NCBI GenBank assembly: GCA_965203445.1
Contig: OZ241883.1
Span: 32,001-96,000, forward strand
DNA length: 64,000 nucleotides
DNA from: Candidatus Oxydemutator sp.
GTDB lineage: Bacteria > Pseudomonadota > Gammaproteobacteria > Poriferisulfidales > Oxydemutatoraceae
Reading direction: 5' to 3'
Both the position numbers and the translations under genes were made by a program. A model generated the notes under the pieces. The model had not been told where the DNA came from and made no database searches. It saw only the letters and a program-made list of their open reading frames with translations. Below, piece after piece: positions 39,669-49,887 of the stretch. The first letter of the stretch is position 1. Every line of letters starts with the position of its first letter.

Positions 39669-40901
39669 TCAAGGACTGTGATGCGCGTAAATTGTCAATA
39701 TCAGCTCGGAATCGTCTATCAACCGATATTGTGGCCTGCGCCCGCTGAGCCGCTCGCTCTCCTCCATGATGATGGGCACCCCTTCTCCGCGGCGTTCCAG
39801 ATAGTAGCGACGCAGCACGCGGTCATGGTCTATCGCCACGCGGCAGCGACTCAACAGGCTGGTCAACAGCTCGTTCCTCGTGGCTTGGCGCAGATGGATA
39901 TTGTCGACGGAAATGGTGTTTGGCGGCGCGCCCGGGGAGAATATTTCCAGGTGGTCGTCGAACATGAAAAAGCGTATCTTCGAGCCGTGAACGGAGTAAT
40001 CCCGATGCGCCACCGCGTTGACTATCGCCTCGAAGACGACGCGGTCGGAATACTGGGGCGTCTCCTCGCGGTAAGGCTTTTTCACGGCGCCGATGAGCTG
40101 ATTCCTCGCAAGGAAGCCCATCGCCTCGTCAATCTGTTTGTTCAAAGGCCCGGTAATCTGGTGTGCGTCAATCTGGCGATGAGAATCTCTCCTCGTTCCC
40201 CTGTAGCGCACCGCCTCGATAAAGGCGTTCGGCAGAAACTTTTCGGGTTGCTCGGCACACATCAACACCCCGCCGACGGAGGCATGCAGCCGCCCTTGGT
40301 CCTCCACCAGTAAACGGCACTTTTTCAGGAGATCCTCCGCGGCACCCGCGGAGCGCGCCACCAGCGGACGCCATAACTCCTCTGCCAAATCGGCCGCGGA
40401 CGATTCCGGCACGGACTGCTCGTCAAACCGGATGAGCCGCGCCTGGCTACGCTGTTGCATCAGGCGCGCCAGAATATCGGGAGACATCTTGCGCTTGCTG
40501 CTCCCCTGCCTCTCAAAATACCCGTGCGGACTGCTGTGCACCCACAGGCTTCGAGGAACGTGTACAAACAGAACGGGGCGCTCTTCACCGTCCAAACCGG
40601 GGAGATAATCCTTGCGAGTATGGACGTTGATCCTTGGTTCTATAGTGTCCTTGCATAACTCTACTACCCTGCTTTCGATGGACTCGATCTGCTCCGCTGA
40701 GAGCCCTGTAACCTCCCGATTTTTGTTCACCCCGAATACTATGGTGCCCCCGTTGGAATTGGCGAAAGCAGCTATTTCATCGGCCAAACCATGCCAGTCT
40801 TCCTTGCTTGGTCTCCTGGCGACAGTACCATTCTTGAACTCAAGAGTAGAGTCTTCCCCCAAACTCAGCCTCTTTCTGATATCTCCAATAATCTCGAACA
40901 T
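39669..40901 (-). CDS. Schlafen/AlbA_2 domain plus HATPase_c_4-type domain protein
   Basis: GEDSTLEFK, IAAFANSNGGTIVFGV; EAIVNAVAHRDYS, IFSPG, RNELL, ERRGEGV. Confidence 0.85.
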   Translation of the reverse strand: MFEIIGDIRKRLSLGEDSTLEFKNGTVARRPSKEDWHGLADEIAAFANSNGGTIVFGVNKNREVTGLSAEQIESIESRVVELCKDTIEPRINVHTRKDYLPGLDGEERPVLFVHVPRSLWVHSSPHGYFERQGSSKRKMSPDILARLMQQRSQARLIRFDEQSVPESSAADLAEELWRPLVARSAGAAEDLLKKCRLLVEDQGRLHASVGGVLMCAEQPEKFLPNAFIEAVRYRGTRRDSHRQIDAHQITGPLNKQIDEAMGFLARNQLIGAVKKPYREETPQYSDRVVFEAIVNAVAHRDYSVHGSKIRFFMFDDHLEIFSPGAPPNTISVDNIHLRQATRNELLTSLLSRCRVAIDHDRVLRRYYLERRGEGVPIIMEESERLSGRRPQYRLIDDSELILTIYAHHSP

Positions 40902-40903
40902 GT

Positions 40904-43633
40904 TTATTTCTCATCAATATGTATTTTCCGATAACGCTTCTCAAAGGCCTCTTTACCGCCCTCCATAATATCGCATACTTTTTTCCTGACGTTCCTGTCT
41001 TGCAGGCCACTGCAACATCCCATATGGGTTTCCCCATTCTTTGGTTCCAAAGCAACTACCAGTTCCGCGTCGCCGTTGACCACGATGTTGGCGTTGTGGG
41101 TGACCACGATGACTTGTCTGCGTGTTTTTATTTGCCGCAACTGTTGCACGACCAACCCGTACACCAACTCATTGTCAAGATCATCTTCGGGCTGATCAAG
41201 CAACAGGGGGCCTTCGCCATGAGAGAGCAGAAAAGCCAATAAAGCAGCGTTTTTCTGCCCTGGTGATCCTTCAGCGATGTTTCTTTTGTCAGGACCAAAG
41301 GTGACTTCGAGCGCATCCTCAGGGAACCAGCACTGCAATCTGTCCAATTGTTCTGGTGCCAGTCTTTGCAAGTGTGCCCTGAAACGCTTACCGGCCACGT
41401 ATCCCTCATTTCTCAAAATAGCATGTACCTCTTTTTTCAACCGGCTTATTTTTTGTTCCATGTTGTCGTCCGGCGCGGTTATTATCCTTACCAAGCCTCC
41501 GATGTCCTGTAAAAACGTCTTATCATCACATTGCAGCAGTTCTCTGATCGCTTGTTCCACCTCCGCGTCCGGAGCCGCCATCTCCCGCACCTCCATTTGC
41601 ACGTGCTGATTCTCAGACAAAACGTCTTTTACAAAACTGCTCCTTTTCCGTGTCAAACGACGACGATGAGTTAACATTTTTTCCATGCATTTATCCAGGC
41701 CCTTTTGCACGGAATCCGAACCTTTCAGCCTTGCAATTTCCGTTAAACGTTCTTCCAACTTCCTCCTGTTTCCCACTAGTACACTATACCGAGCAGGATC
41801 GATACCCCTCTCTCGCAGTTCTTCTTTCTTTTCTTTATAACGGACTATATCTTGTTCCATTCTCATCATCCAGGGCGCATTCTTTTTCGTCTGTTCCCAC
41901 CTTGACAAAGCTTTCCGCGCTTCTTCTCTGGCAAGACCCAGCTTCTCTTTCACGCTTGACCAACAGTGATTGATCTCCCGTAACGCCTGCATACAGGCGG
42001 CTTCCGTCTCATCCTGCGGATCGAACAGGTCTTCATTGATCTCGACGGGCCCCACTTCGCCAATATTCTTCTGGATCCCGGCTGCCATCTCTTCCCATTC
42101 TCTCTGCAAAGTCTGCGTCTCTTCCACCTGATCTCTGCGACGCTGGTACAGTCTCAAAAGCTCGGAATAATCAGACTTCTCTATCTGTCTTAAATGCCGT
42201 CGGGTCTCATCCAGTTCTCCTCGCAACCGAGTTTCCTGACTCAACTCCTCGTCAATTCGCCGTTTTTCTCTGGACAATTCACAGTATTTTCTCTCAAGCG
42301 CGGCTTTCTCTTCTTGCCACGCCTTACTATCCATGTCAGACGAATTATCAATAATTCCCAACAATCCTTGCGGGTCACCGGCAAGAGTATATATTTGCTT
42401 TTGGCTGAATATGCTGACGGGAAACAAACCAGACACCTCTCCTTCATAAGGCTGCCATTCACCCTGCTCTTGTTTCTCAGCGTACGGAACATCTTCTTCT
42501 GAGGACCAGCATAAGCGGAAGCGTTCCTCCCCCTTGCGATACACCAATTTAATATCTGTTTTTTCGGTTAACACGCCGTCATCTCCACGCCCCCCGTAAA
42601 TACGGCTATATCTCTCTATATCACCGCGCAAAGTTTCGGGAACATCGCCATCTTTCTGCATAACCAAGCGCATGAATTCGATCAGGGTTGATTTGCCGCT
42701 ACCGCGACCGCCGATGACGGCGTTCAGAAATGGATTCCACTGACATTCAAAAGAACTACTTCTGCCAATGTATTTCGATTTATTCACGCGTAGAGATTCA
42801 ATCACGTATCCCGCACGTTTATTGGGATTTTCATTAGTGCCGTCGCTCCGTTGCACGGACGTTGGGTTTCCATCCAGTAACGCAAGCCGTATTCCCTCCA
42901 GAGTCGGCTCATCCATCTTAATCCAGGTGTAATGGCTACCAGGAAAAGAGCCGCCGGTTGTGGAACTCTCCCGGTGGTGGCTATCTGATCCCAATACTTC
43001 AGTCCAGCGAACCTTTTCACCCTGATACAACCCGGGCTTCGAATAGTTTGGGTCTTTCAATTCGATAGCGATTATATTTTCGTTGCGCAGTACTTCTCTA
43101 AGAGTGCTGCCACGGTTACGCAATTCCTCAAGTAAGCCCTTTGGTCCATCCGCATGTGCTGGGATAGCAATACCATTTGCTTCCTTAATGGCATCAACGA
43201 CTTCATTGATAGGCTTCCTCGTTTCAGTCCCACTTTCCCCTCGTCTGTTCGGGTAGTACTCAACGGCACCTAATAAGCGAGCAATGTCACTTGTCTTTGT
43301 TTCTTTGTCAAAAATCGCCAATACGTGAACTCCCCCATGAACCGAAATCTCAACACCTGGAAACAAATGCAACGGACGGTACCCATCTGGTTCTTCCGTC
43401 TCTAATGCATGCAAAGCATCTTGCAGTTTGTCTATCCATTCACCACTGTCATGATCAGTCACAGCCACACAATCAATGTCCGCCCGCATGTAATCCAGTA
43501 ACCAGTCGCGCGGAGCAATCATCCTCGTTTCAGCTTGCCGCGGCCCCTTCCCGTAATCCGGCGAGGCCGGCGTGTGGGTATGAAAATCAAACTGCCACCA
43601 ACGGGCGCCGGACCAATTCCAATCGGTGCTCAT
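40904..43633 (-). CDS. PHP phosphoesterase fused to ABC/SMC-type ATPase (TrlF/Ppl-like defence protein)
   Basis: DFHTHTPAS, VTDHD, GVEI, PAHAD, GSDSH; GGRGSGKS, coiled coil, SPGQK, LLLDQPEDDLD, VTHN. Confidence 0.9.
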   Translation of the reverse strand: MSTDWNWSGARWWQFDFHTHTPASPDYGKGPRQAETRMIAPRDWLLDYMRADIDCVAVTDHDSGEWIDKLQDALHALETEEPDGYRPLHLFPGVEISVHGGVHVLAIFDKETKTSDIARLLGAVEYYPNRRGESGTETRKPINEVVDAIKEANGIAIPAHADGPKGLLEELRNRGSTLREVLRNENIIAIELKDPNYSKPGLYQGEKVRWTEVLGSDSHHRESSTTGGSFPGSHYTWIKMDEPTLEGIRLALLDGNPTSVQRSDGTNENPNKRAGYVIESLRVNKSKYIGRSSSFECQWNPFLNAVIGGRGSGKSTLIEFMRLVMQKDGDVPETLRGDIERYSRIYGGRGDDGVLTEKTDIKLVYRKGEERFRLCWSSEEDVPYAEKQEQGEWQPYEGEVSGLFPVSIFSQKQIYTLAGDPQGLLGIIDNSSDMDSKAWQEEKAALERKYCELSREKRRIDEELSQETRLRGELDETRRHLRQIEKSDYSELLRLYQRRRDQVEETQTLQREWEEMAAGIQKNIGEVGPVEINEDLFDPQDETEAACMQALREINHCWSSVKEKLGLAREEARKALSRWEQTKKNAPWMMRMEQDIVRYKEKKEELRERGIDPARYSVLVGNRRKLEERLTEIARLKGSDSVQKGLDKCMEKMLTHRRRLTRKRSSFVKDVLSENQHVQMEVREMAAPDAEVEQAIRELLQCDDKTFLQDIGGLVRIITAPDDNMEQKISRLKKEVHAILRNEGYVAGKRFRAHLQRLAPEQLDRLQCWFPEDALEVTFGPDKRNIAEGSPGQKNAALLAFLLSHGEGPLLLDQPEDDLDNELVYGLVVQQLRQIKTRRQVIVVTHNANIVVNGDAELVVALEPKNGETHMGCCSGLQDRNVRKKVCDIMEGGKEAFEKRYRKIHIDEK

Positions 43634-43659
43634 GCTTCCAATTCTACACTGCTCGACTG

Positions 43660-45087
43660 CTATTGCGGCCGGTTTGGGCCGCACGAACGCACACCATTCG
43701 CAGACACGGGACTGTTATGAGCGCCGGCCTTGGCCGTCCTTGCCCTCGTATCCAGATCGGTGAAGAGATCGTCCGGCAGTTTTTCGCCGGTTTGCGGGTG
43801 GCGCAACGTGCGCTTGAGGACGAAGTCGAACAGCAGCGGGTTGTAGCCGTAAATCTCGTCGAGCCATTGCTGCTCGTCGTCGGTGATCATCGCGTGCGCG
43901 GCAAGCGCCTTGGTCGGGTTGAAAAACGCAATCGCCGGAACCGGATAATCGCTGCCGTTCAGCATCCGTCGGTGCAGCGCGCCCACCGGGCGCGTCCCTT
44001 CGATCACTCGCACCATCAGTTTGCGCGAGTCGCCGGACAACAGGCCGCCCATCACCATGACCGAGATCTCGCCGAACAGCAGGCCTTCGTATTCCGGCAT
44101 CCCCATCAGCTCGATGAAATCGTTGAAATACGGCTCCCCGGTATCCGGGTTTTCGCCGCGACGGGCGCCGTGCAACGCGACCGCGGTCACGCCGCAATCG
44201 AGCGCCTTGCGCAGGCTGCGCGGATCGCCCAGGCGCTGGTAGCTTCCATCCGGCGTCCGCAGGACGTACTCGTGTCCGGTGTGCACCAGCAACGCGACGC
44301 CGTTTTCGGCCAGCGCGCGGTAGTTGTGCGCGGAAACTTTCTCGAGGTCCATGCCCATCGAGGGCGGCAGCCATTTGAGATAGCGCACGCCGAGCGCGGC
44401 GAGACGCTCGATGCGGGGCTGAAAATCCTTGCGGTACGGGTGCACCGACGCCACCGGCACGACGCGCACGCGGTTGCTGCTCTTGTCGTCAAGGGCAGGC
44501 GCGGCCGCCTGCTCCAGCGCGCGGTTCATCCGCGCCGCCAACCCGATCACGTAGTCGTCGGGCACGTACAGGTCGGTGTATTCCGGCAACGCGCGGCCTT
44601 GCTCGTCGTGAAAATAGTCGAGCGCGTAGAGATAGAAACGATGCTCGACGGCGCCCGCAAAATACTTGCGCTGCACGTCCTGAAAATGCAGCAGCAGGCG
44701 CAGAAGCCGGTCTTCGTACTGCTGGTCCAGGCGCTCGAAATCATCCACGCCGGAAGCGCTCATGAAAACCCGCGCCTTCAGCCACGACACCGGGCGCAGC
44801 AGACTGTTCATGTCGGGATGGAGATAGGCATCGCGGCCGGCCGCGGACGTGCCGCGCGCGATCGCGTGCAGGTGGTGGTCCGCCAGCACCAGAGTTCCAG
44901 CGTCGGCGCCCGCGCCCGCGTCGTCGAAAGCAAACGCCTCCGCCAACAGCCTCTTCGCGCCGGCGCCGACGTTCGCCTCCATCTGCGACGGCTCGCCGCG
45001 AAAATCCCCGCCTATGGACGAAAACGAACACCCGGCCAAACACCCGACGCCCGCCAACACAACCGCAAACCGAATGGATTTATTCAT
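43660..45087 (-). CDS. Amidohydrolase-superfamily lipoprotein
   Basis: LAGC lipobox; DHHLH, VASVHPY, KWLP, LVHTG, ALHG, NGSDYP. Confidence 0.8.
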   Translation of the reverse strand: MNKSIRFAVVLAGVGCLAGCSFSSIGGDFRGEPSQMEANVGAGAKRLLAEAFAFDDAGAGADAGTLVLADHHLHAIARGTSAAGRDAYLHPDMNSLLRPVSWLKARVFMSASGVDDFERLDQQYEDRLLRLLLHFQDVQRKYFAGAVEHRFYLYALDYFHDEQGRALPEYTDLYVPDDYVIGLAARMNRALEQAAAPALDDKSSNRVRVVPVASVHPYRKDFQPRIERLAALGVRYLKWLPPSMGMDLEKVSAHNYRALAENGVALLVHTGHEYVLRTPDGSYQRLGDPRSLRKALDCGVTAVALHGARRGENPDTGEPYFNDFIELMGMPEYEGLLFGEISVMVMGGLLSGDSRKLMVRVIEGTRPVGALHRRMLNGSDYPVPAIAFFNPTKALAAHAMITDDEQQWLDEIYGYNPLLFDFVLKRTLRHPQTGEKLPDDLFTDLDTRARTAKAGAHNSPVSANGVRSCGPNRPQ

Positions 45088-46114
45088 TTTCTTTTACCAC
45101 GTCGCAATGCAACCCTGTCCCTCCGGGAGAGGGAGAATAATTCGTCCGTTCGCGTGGCGTGTTTCTTTCCCGGAAGACGCCGTCCGCGTAACCCTGCACG
45201 CTTTTGTCGTAGCGCGCCCTCTCCAGGCGCTTTTCGGCCAGACAGCAATAATACTCATCAATCTCTACGCCGACGTAGCGGCGGCCCAATTTGGCCGCGA
45301 CCACCGAAGTCGTGCCGGAACCTGCGAACGGGTCGAACACGACGTCGTTCGGTTTCGAGCTTGCCAGAATAATTTTGGCGAGGAGTTTTTCCGGCTTCTG
45401 CGTCGGGTGGTCGGTATTCTCCGGCATGGACCAGAACGGAACCGTGACGTCGGTCCAGACGTTGGAGGGATGGGTGGCGCGGTATTTCCCGCCGCCTTCG
45501 TCCCGCCAGTCCTTCGGCCTGCCGTTCGCGTCCCTGTACGGTGCCACGACCTTGCGCCTTATTTTTACCGCCTCGACGTCAAAATAATAGTCTTTCGACA
45601 GGGTGCAAAACCAGATGTCCTCGGAGCAATTTTTCCAGTTGGATTTCGCGCCGCACCCTTTCTCCCTCTCAAAAGTAATCCGGTTTTGAATCTGAAAATA
45701 GCGGCGCGCGACGTTGCATATCGCGGCGCCCGAGCGCCAGTCGCCGCACAGATAGATCGAGGCGCGCGGCTGCATCAGGCGAACGATTTTTTGCATCCAG
45801 GAATCCAGCCATTCTTCGTATCGCTCCCATTCCATGGCCTGGAACGAGGCCGCGCCAAACGTCTTGGTCAGATTGTACGGGGGATCAACAAAAACAAGAT
45901 CGGCAAACGCATCCGGCAGACGTTCCAATGCCTCGAAAATATCCTGATGTATCGTCTTGTTTTCGATCACGTCCAAAGACGCCGGCCCTTTCAGCGTGAT
46001 CAAGCGCTTTTTGAGCAGTGCTACGTCGGTATCGTCCAACGTCAGCGTGCGGTTGCCCGGCGCCCGTTGTTTGTCCGCCGATTGTTTCGTCAGTTGTTCC
46101 GTCAGTGGTTTCAT
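45080..46114 (-). CDS. Orphan N4/N6 DNA methyltransferase (beta class)
   Basis: VDPPYN precedes HPTQKP and DPFAGSGTT. Confidence 0.9.
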   Translation of the reverse strand: MKPLTEQLTKQSADKQRAPGNRTLTLDDTDVALLKKRLITLKGPASLDVIENKTIHQDIFEALERLPDAFADLVFVDPPYNLTKTFGAASFQAMEWERYEEWLDSWMQKIVRLMQPRASIYLCGDWRSGAAICNVARRYFQIQNRITFEREKGCGAKSNWKNCSEDIWFCTLSKDYYFDVEAVKIRRKVVAPYRDANGRPKDWRDEGGGKYRATHPSNVWTDVTVPFWSMPENTDHPTQKPEKLLAKIILASSKPNDVVFDPFAGSGTTSVVAAKLGRRYVGVEIDEYYCCLAEKRLERARYDKSVQGYADGVFRERNTPRERTNYSPSPGGTGLHCDVVKENE

Positions 46115-46138
46115 CAAAAGTCTGGCGCCCGCGCCTGA

Positions 46139-46214
46139 TGGTGCCGGGGAGAGGAATCGAACCCCCAACCTTCGCATTACAAATGCGCTGCACTACCGAT
46201 TGTGCTACCCCGGC
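46139..46214 (-). tRNA. tRNA-Thr (anticodon TGT)
   Basis: GCCGGGG acceptor stem, anticodon loop TTTGTAA, GGTTCGATTCC T-arm, encoded CCA; 76 nt. Confidence 0.97.
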
Positions 46215-46251
46215 CAGGCCGCGACGATGCGCCGGGACGCATTATAGAGGG

Positions 46252-46923
46252 TCAAACCGGGTTGCGCAGATAGACCGGCAGCGCGCGCGCGGCTTCCACG
46301 GTCTCGCAGCCGTTGCCGGCCAGCGCGAGTTTGAGCATGGCCGCGGCCGCGGGCCGCAGGTCGCCGTCGCAGACGGTCGGCGCGGCGCCTAATGCCTCGA
46401 TCATCTCGTCGCGGTACAGGTGCCACGCCGAACCGGCGCCGACGCCGCGAAAGTCGCGCGCCGGCGGCAACTTTGCGGGTGCCGCCAGCCCCTCTGCCGC
46501 GGCCGGGGCGGCCAAGCCGTCGTCGTCTTTGACGAAGCGCCCGTAGTACACCTCGCCCATGCGCGCGTCCATGGCCGCGAACACCTCGGCGGCGGCGTGG
46601 CGCTCGATGGCCACCTGCGCGAGCGCCTGCAAATCGGATACCGGCACCACCGGAAGACCACGCGCGTAAGCCACGCTTTGGGCGACCGCGGCCGCGACGC
46701 GCACGCCGGTAAAGGCGCCCGGCCCCCTGCCGAAAACCAGCGCGTCGAGTTGGCCGAGACCGACGCCGGCCTCATGAAACAACGCCTCGCACATCTCGAA
46801 GATCAGCACGTTGTGGCGGCGCGGCGCAATCGCAAAACGCCGGTAGATCCTGCCGTCGCAACCGAGCGCCGCCGAACACGCCTCGGTGGCGGTGTCGACC
46901 GCAAGCACGTGAAATCGTCCCAC
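46252..46923 (-). CDS. tsaB: t6A biosynthesis protein TsaB
   Basis: LAVDTATEACSAAL, GRGPGAFTGVR, MDARMGEVY, PVYLR. Confidence 0.93.
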   Translation of the reverse strand: MGRFHVLAVDTATEACSAALGCDGRIYRRFAIAPRRHNVLIFEMCEALFHEAGVGLGQLDALVFGRGPGAFTGVRVAAAVAQSVAYARGLPVVPVSDLQALAQVAIERHAAAEVFAAMDARMGEVYYGRFVKDDDGLAAPAAAEGLAAPAKLPPARDFRGVGAGSAWHLYRDEMIEALGAAPTVCDGDLRPAAAAMLKLALAGNGCETVEAARALPVYLRNPV

Positions 46924-46945
46924 GTCGGTTCTTACCGGGCGGTTC

Positions 46946-48889
46946 CTACTGGAAGTAGCCCCGCAGCGGCGCCAGTTCCCGAAACACTTTCATCGGCGGC
47001 AGGCTGTCGAGAAAAATCCGTCCGTACGGTCTGGTGGTCACGCGGCAATCGCCGATGACGATGACGCCCGAATCGGCGGCGTCGCGGATCAGGCGACCGA
47101 CGCCCTGGCGCAACGCGAGCACCGCCTCCGGCAGCGTGTTCTCGACGAAGTAGTTGCGTTCCTGCTCGCGCGCACGCGCGATCTTTGCCTGCACCACCGG
47201 GTCGCCCGGCGATGCGAACGGCAGGCGGTCTATGACCACGCAACTCAATGCCGCGCCCTTGACGTCCACGCCCTCCCAGAAACTGTTGGTGCCGAGCAGC
47301 AGCCGGCCGCGCCCGTCGCCAAAGCGCCTGATCAGTTCCATCTTCGGCGCGCTCCCCTGCACCAGCAGTTGCCACGCGGTGTTTTCGTCCAGCCATTCGG
47401 CGGCGCGCCTCAGCGCGTGGTGACTGGTGAACAGCAGGAAAGCGCGCCCGTTCGACGCCGCCAGCAGCGGTTCGACGGCGCCCAACAGTTTGTCCGTATA
47501 GCGCTCGTTGTTCGGTTCGGGCAGGCCCCGCGGCAAATAAAGCGCGGCCTGCTCGCGGTAGTCGAACGGGCTGTCGAAGGCCGCCTGGGCGCCGTCGGCG
47601 GCCAGCCCCAACTCGGACCGAAAATGCGTGAAATCGTCGCCGACGGCGATGGTCGCCGACGTATAGATCCAGTTCGCGTCGTACAGGCGGGTCTTTTCGG
47701 ACAACAACGCGGACACGTCGCACGGGGAAAGATACAGTTGAAACGAGCGCCGCACGTGCGAAAACCACGCGACGAGACCGTCGTCGCCGACGTCGCCGAG
47801 CGCGCGCTCGAAATCATCGTCGAGCGCGGCGACGCGCTGCCACAGGCTCGCCCAATGCTCCGACAACGCGCGCAACGGCTTCAAATGCGACACCAACGCC
47901 TGGTGCGCGTCGGCGAGCGCCCGGCGCCTCTCGTCGAACTTCTTCACTGCCTTCAGCACGGCGACGGGGCCGCGCTCCGGCAGCCTTGCGAACAGATGCG
48001 TGAACGCCCCGAGCGCGTCGCGGCATTGCCCGAGGCACTTTTGCCGGCGCGCGTCGTCGCGCGTGTCGTCCCGTTTTTCCGCCTTCGCCGCGATCTCGCA
48101 ATCGCGCAGCAGATCGTGCCACCGGCGGCTCGTCAGGCGTTCGGTAAAATTGCGCTCGGCGACGCCCTTGAATTGGTGCGCCTCGTCCACGACGATGACG
48201 TCGGTACCCGGCAGCAGTTCCATGAACCCCTCCTCCTTCAACGCCATGTCGGCCATCAGCAGGTGGTGGTTGACGACGACGAGATCGGCGCGCGCGGCCC
48301 TCTGCCGCGCCTTGGCGACGAAGCACGGACGGTAGTGCGGGCAGTTCGCGCCGAGGCAACTGTCCGGCGTCGACAGCACCAGCGGCCACGTCGGATCGTC
48401 TTCGGCGACCTCCTTCAGCGTATGAACGTCGCCGTCGTCGGTCTCGCGCGACCAGCGCCGGATGAGCTCGACGCTGCCGGCGTCCGCCTCCAACGTCGGC
48501 GTTTGCGTCAGGTACTCGAGGCGCTCGAGACACAGGTAATTGGCGCGCCCCTTCAACAGCGCGGTCTTTATCGTGGCGCCAAGCGCCTTACGCACGACCG
48601 GCAAATCCTTGTAATAGATCTGATCCTGCAAGTGGCGCGTCGCGGTCGAGATGATCGTGCGGCGCCCGGACAACACCGCCGGCACCAGATAGGCGAAGGT
48701 CTTGCCGATTCCGGTGCCGGCCTCGACCACGAGGTCGTCGCGGCCCGCGACGGCGGCGGCGACCCGCGCCGTCATCTCCAGTTGCTGGCGGCGCTCGCCG
48801 TAGCCTTCGATCAGACGCGCGAACGGCCCGCGCACGGACAGCAGACCGGCGCAGCGGCGCGCGAAATCCTTCGTCGGGGCGTGGTTCAT
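46946..48889 (-). CDS. yoaA: DinG/YoaA-family Fe-S DNA helicase
   Basis: EAGTGIGKT, KGRANYLC, Cys cluster, VDEAH, TSAT, FWEGVDV, QGVGRLIR. Confidence 0.9.
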   Translation of the reverse strand: MNHAPTKDFARRCAGLLSVRGPFARLIEGYGERRQQLEMTARVAAAVAGRDDLVVEAGTGIGKTFAYLVPAVLSGRRTIISTATRHLQDQIYYKDLPVVRKALGATIKTALLKGRANYLCLERLEYLTQTPTLEADAGSVELIRRWSRETDDGDVHTLKEVAEDDPTWPLVLSTPDSCLGANCPHYRPCFVAKARQRAARADLVVVNHHLLMADMALKEEGFMELLPGTDVIVVDEAHQFKGVAERNFTERLTSRRWHDLLRDCEIAAKAEKRDDTRDDARRQKCLGQCRDALGAFTHLFARLPERGPVAVLKAVKKFDERRRALADAHQALVSHLKPLRALSEHWASLWQRVAALDDDFERALGDVGDDGLVAWFSHVRRSFQLYLSPCDVSALLSEKTRLYDANWIYTSATIAVGDDFTHFRSELGLAADGAQAAFDSPFDYREQAALYLPRGLPEPNNERYTDKLLGAVEPLLAASNGRAFLLFTSHHALRRAAEWLDENTAWQLLVQGSAPKMELIRRFGDGRGRLLLGTNSFWEGVDVKGAALSCVVIDRLPFASPGDPVVQAKIARAREQERNYFVENTLPEAVLALRQGVGRLIRDAADSGVIVIGDCRVTTRPYGRIFLDSLPPMKVFRELAPLRGYFQ

Positions 48890-48912
48890 CGAATTTGGGC
48901 AACCCCCTGTTT

Positions 48913-49887
48913 TCATTGCGACCATTGCGATAGTTTTACCGGATGGATGTACAACGTGCCTTCAGGCCAGTTGGCCAACAACTTCCCGAGCTGCATCCCG
49001 TATTGTTCAGCAAACCGCCCCTGCTCTTCGCTTTCCCACATTGCCTTTCCCCACGATGAAATGTCTCCTTGCGTAATAATCTCTCCAGGTTCGGCGCACA
49101 TCATCAACGAGGTCGGCAACGCTATTTCCACAAATAAATTGCCCGAGGCGAAAATCCCGCAGTAGTGAGCGAATTGTCTTATGTGCTTCGAGGATACAAT
49201 GCAGATATCCGAATAACCACGAATAAAAGGCAAACGCGGGACATATGTGCGGTTGAGTCGTTTGAGGTACGCGACTAGAAACCTCGCTCCTAATAGACGG
49301 AGAGTTCTCCTAATATCGGTTATATCTCTCCACCCGAACGATTGAGTCAACCAATACATGAGAGGCCTGTTAAGGTAATAGGTTGGTATCGGTTTTATTG
49401 TCAATCCCAGATTCTCAAATCTTTTCAGGGTCTCATCATAAGTGGGAAGTAGATCTTCTACCTGAAAGTTATTGCTCCATGTGAGAACCCCCCGCGTGTG
49501 AGTCCAAAGGTCTGCTTGATGCAGAAGCCTAAATCCAGGAAGAAAAGACTTGGCTCTGTCACCACCCAATCCGAAATGCTCCATATAATTCCCTTCGTTG
49601 ATCATCGGATTCAACACCAGATCATCTGCGATGAACAGGTAATGCCGATGTTTCTCCGCAAAGTATTGATTGTATCCTTGAGCTATGTGTCCTTGAAAGG
49701 AATAAGAATCTTCATAAACGGGGATCACGTTCTCACCCCCCCCCCCCCCCCCCCCCCCTTCATGGAAAGGCATCAGGTGATAGACATGCGAAAACCTGCC
49801 GCGATACAGGTTCTCCAGCTTTTCCACGTTGGCGCTGTGGCGGTGGTTGTAAATGACAACCAGGCAGACGCTGCCGCTCATCTGCAT
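48913..49887 (-). CDS. Putative glycosyltransferase-like protein (resembles STELLO/DUF288 C-terminal domain), paralog A, with G23 tract
   Basis: YLFIADDLVLN, YSDICIV, FVEIALPT, IHPVKLS; low GC. Family call by recall only. Confidence 0.6.
   Translation of the reverse strand: MQMSGSVCLVVIYNHRHSANVEKLENLYRGRFSHVYHLMPFHEGGGGGGGGENVIPVYEDSYSFQGHIAQGYNQYFAEKHRHYLFIADDLVLNPMINEGNYMEHFGLGGDRAKSFLPGFRLLHQADLWTHTRGVLTWSNNFQVEDLLPTYDETLKRFENLGLTIKPIPTYYLNRPLMYWLTQSFGWRDITDIRRTLRLLGARFLVAYLKRLNRTYVPRLPFIRGYSDICIVSSKHIRQFAHYCGIFASGNLFVEIALPTSLMMCAEPGEIITQGDISSWGKAMWESEEQGRFAEQYGMQLGKLLANWPEGTLYIHPVKLSQWSQ
49736..49758 (-). repeat. G23 homopolymer in coding strand
   Basis: 23 consecutive C on + strand; encodes Gly8 in frame. 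Confidence 0.85.
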
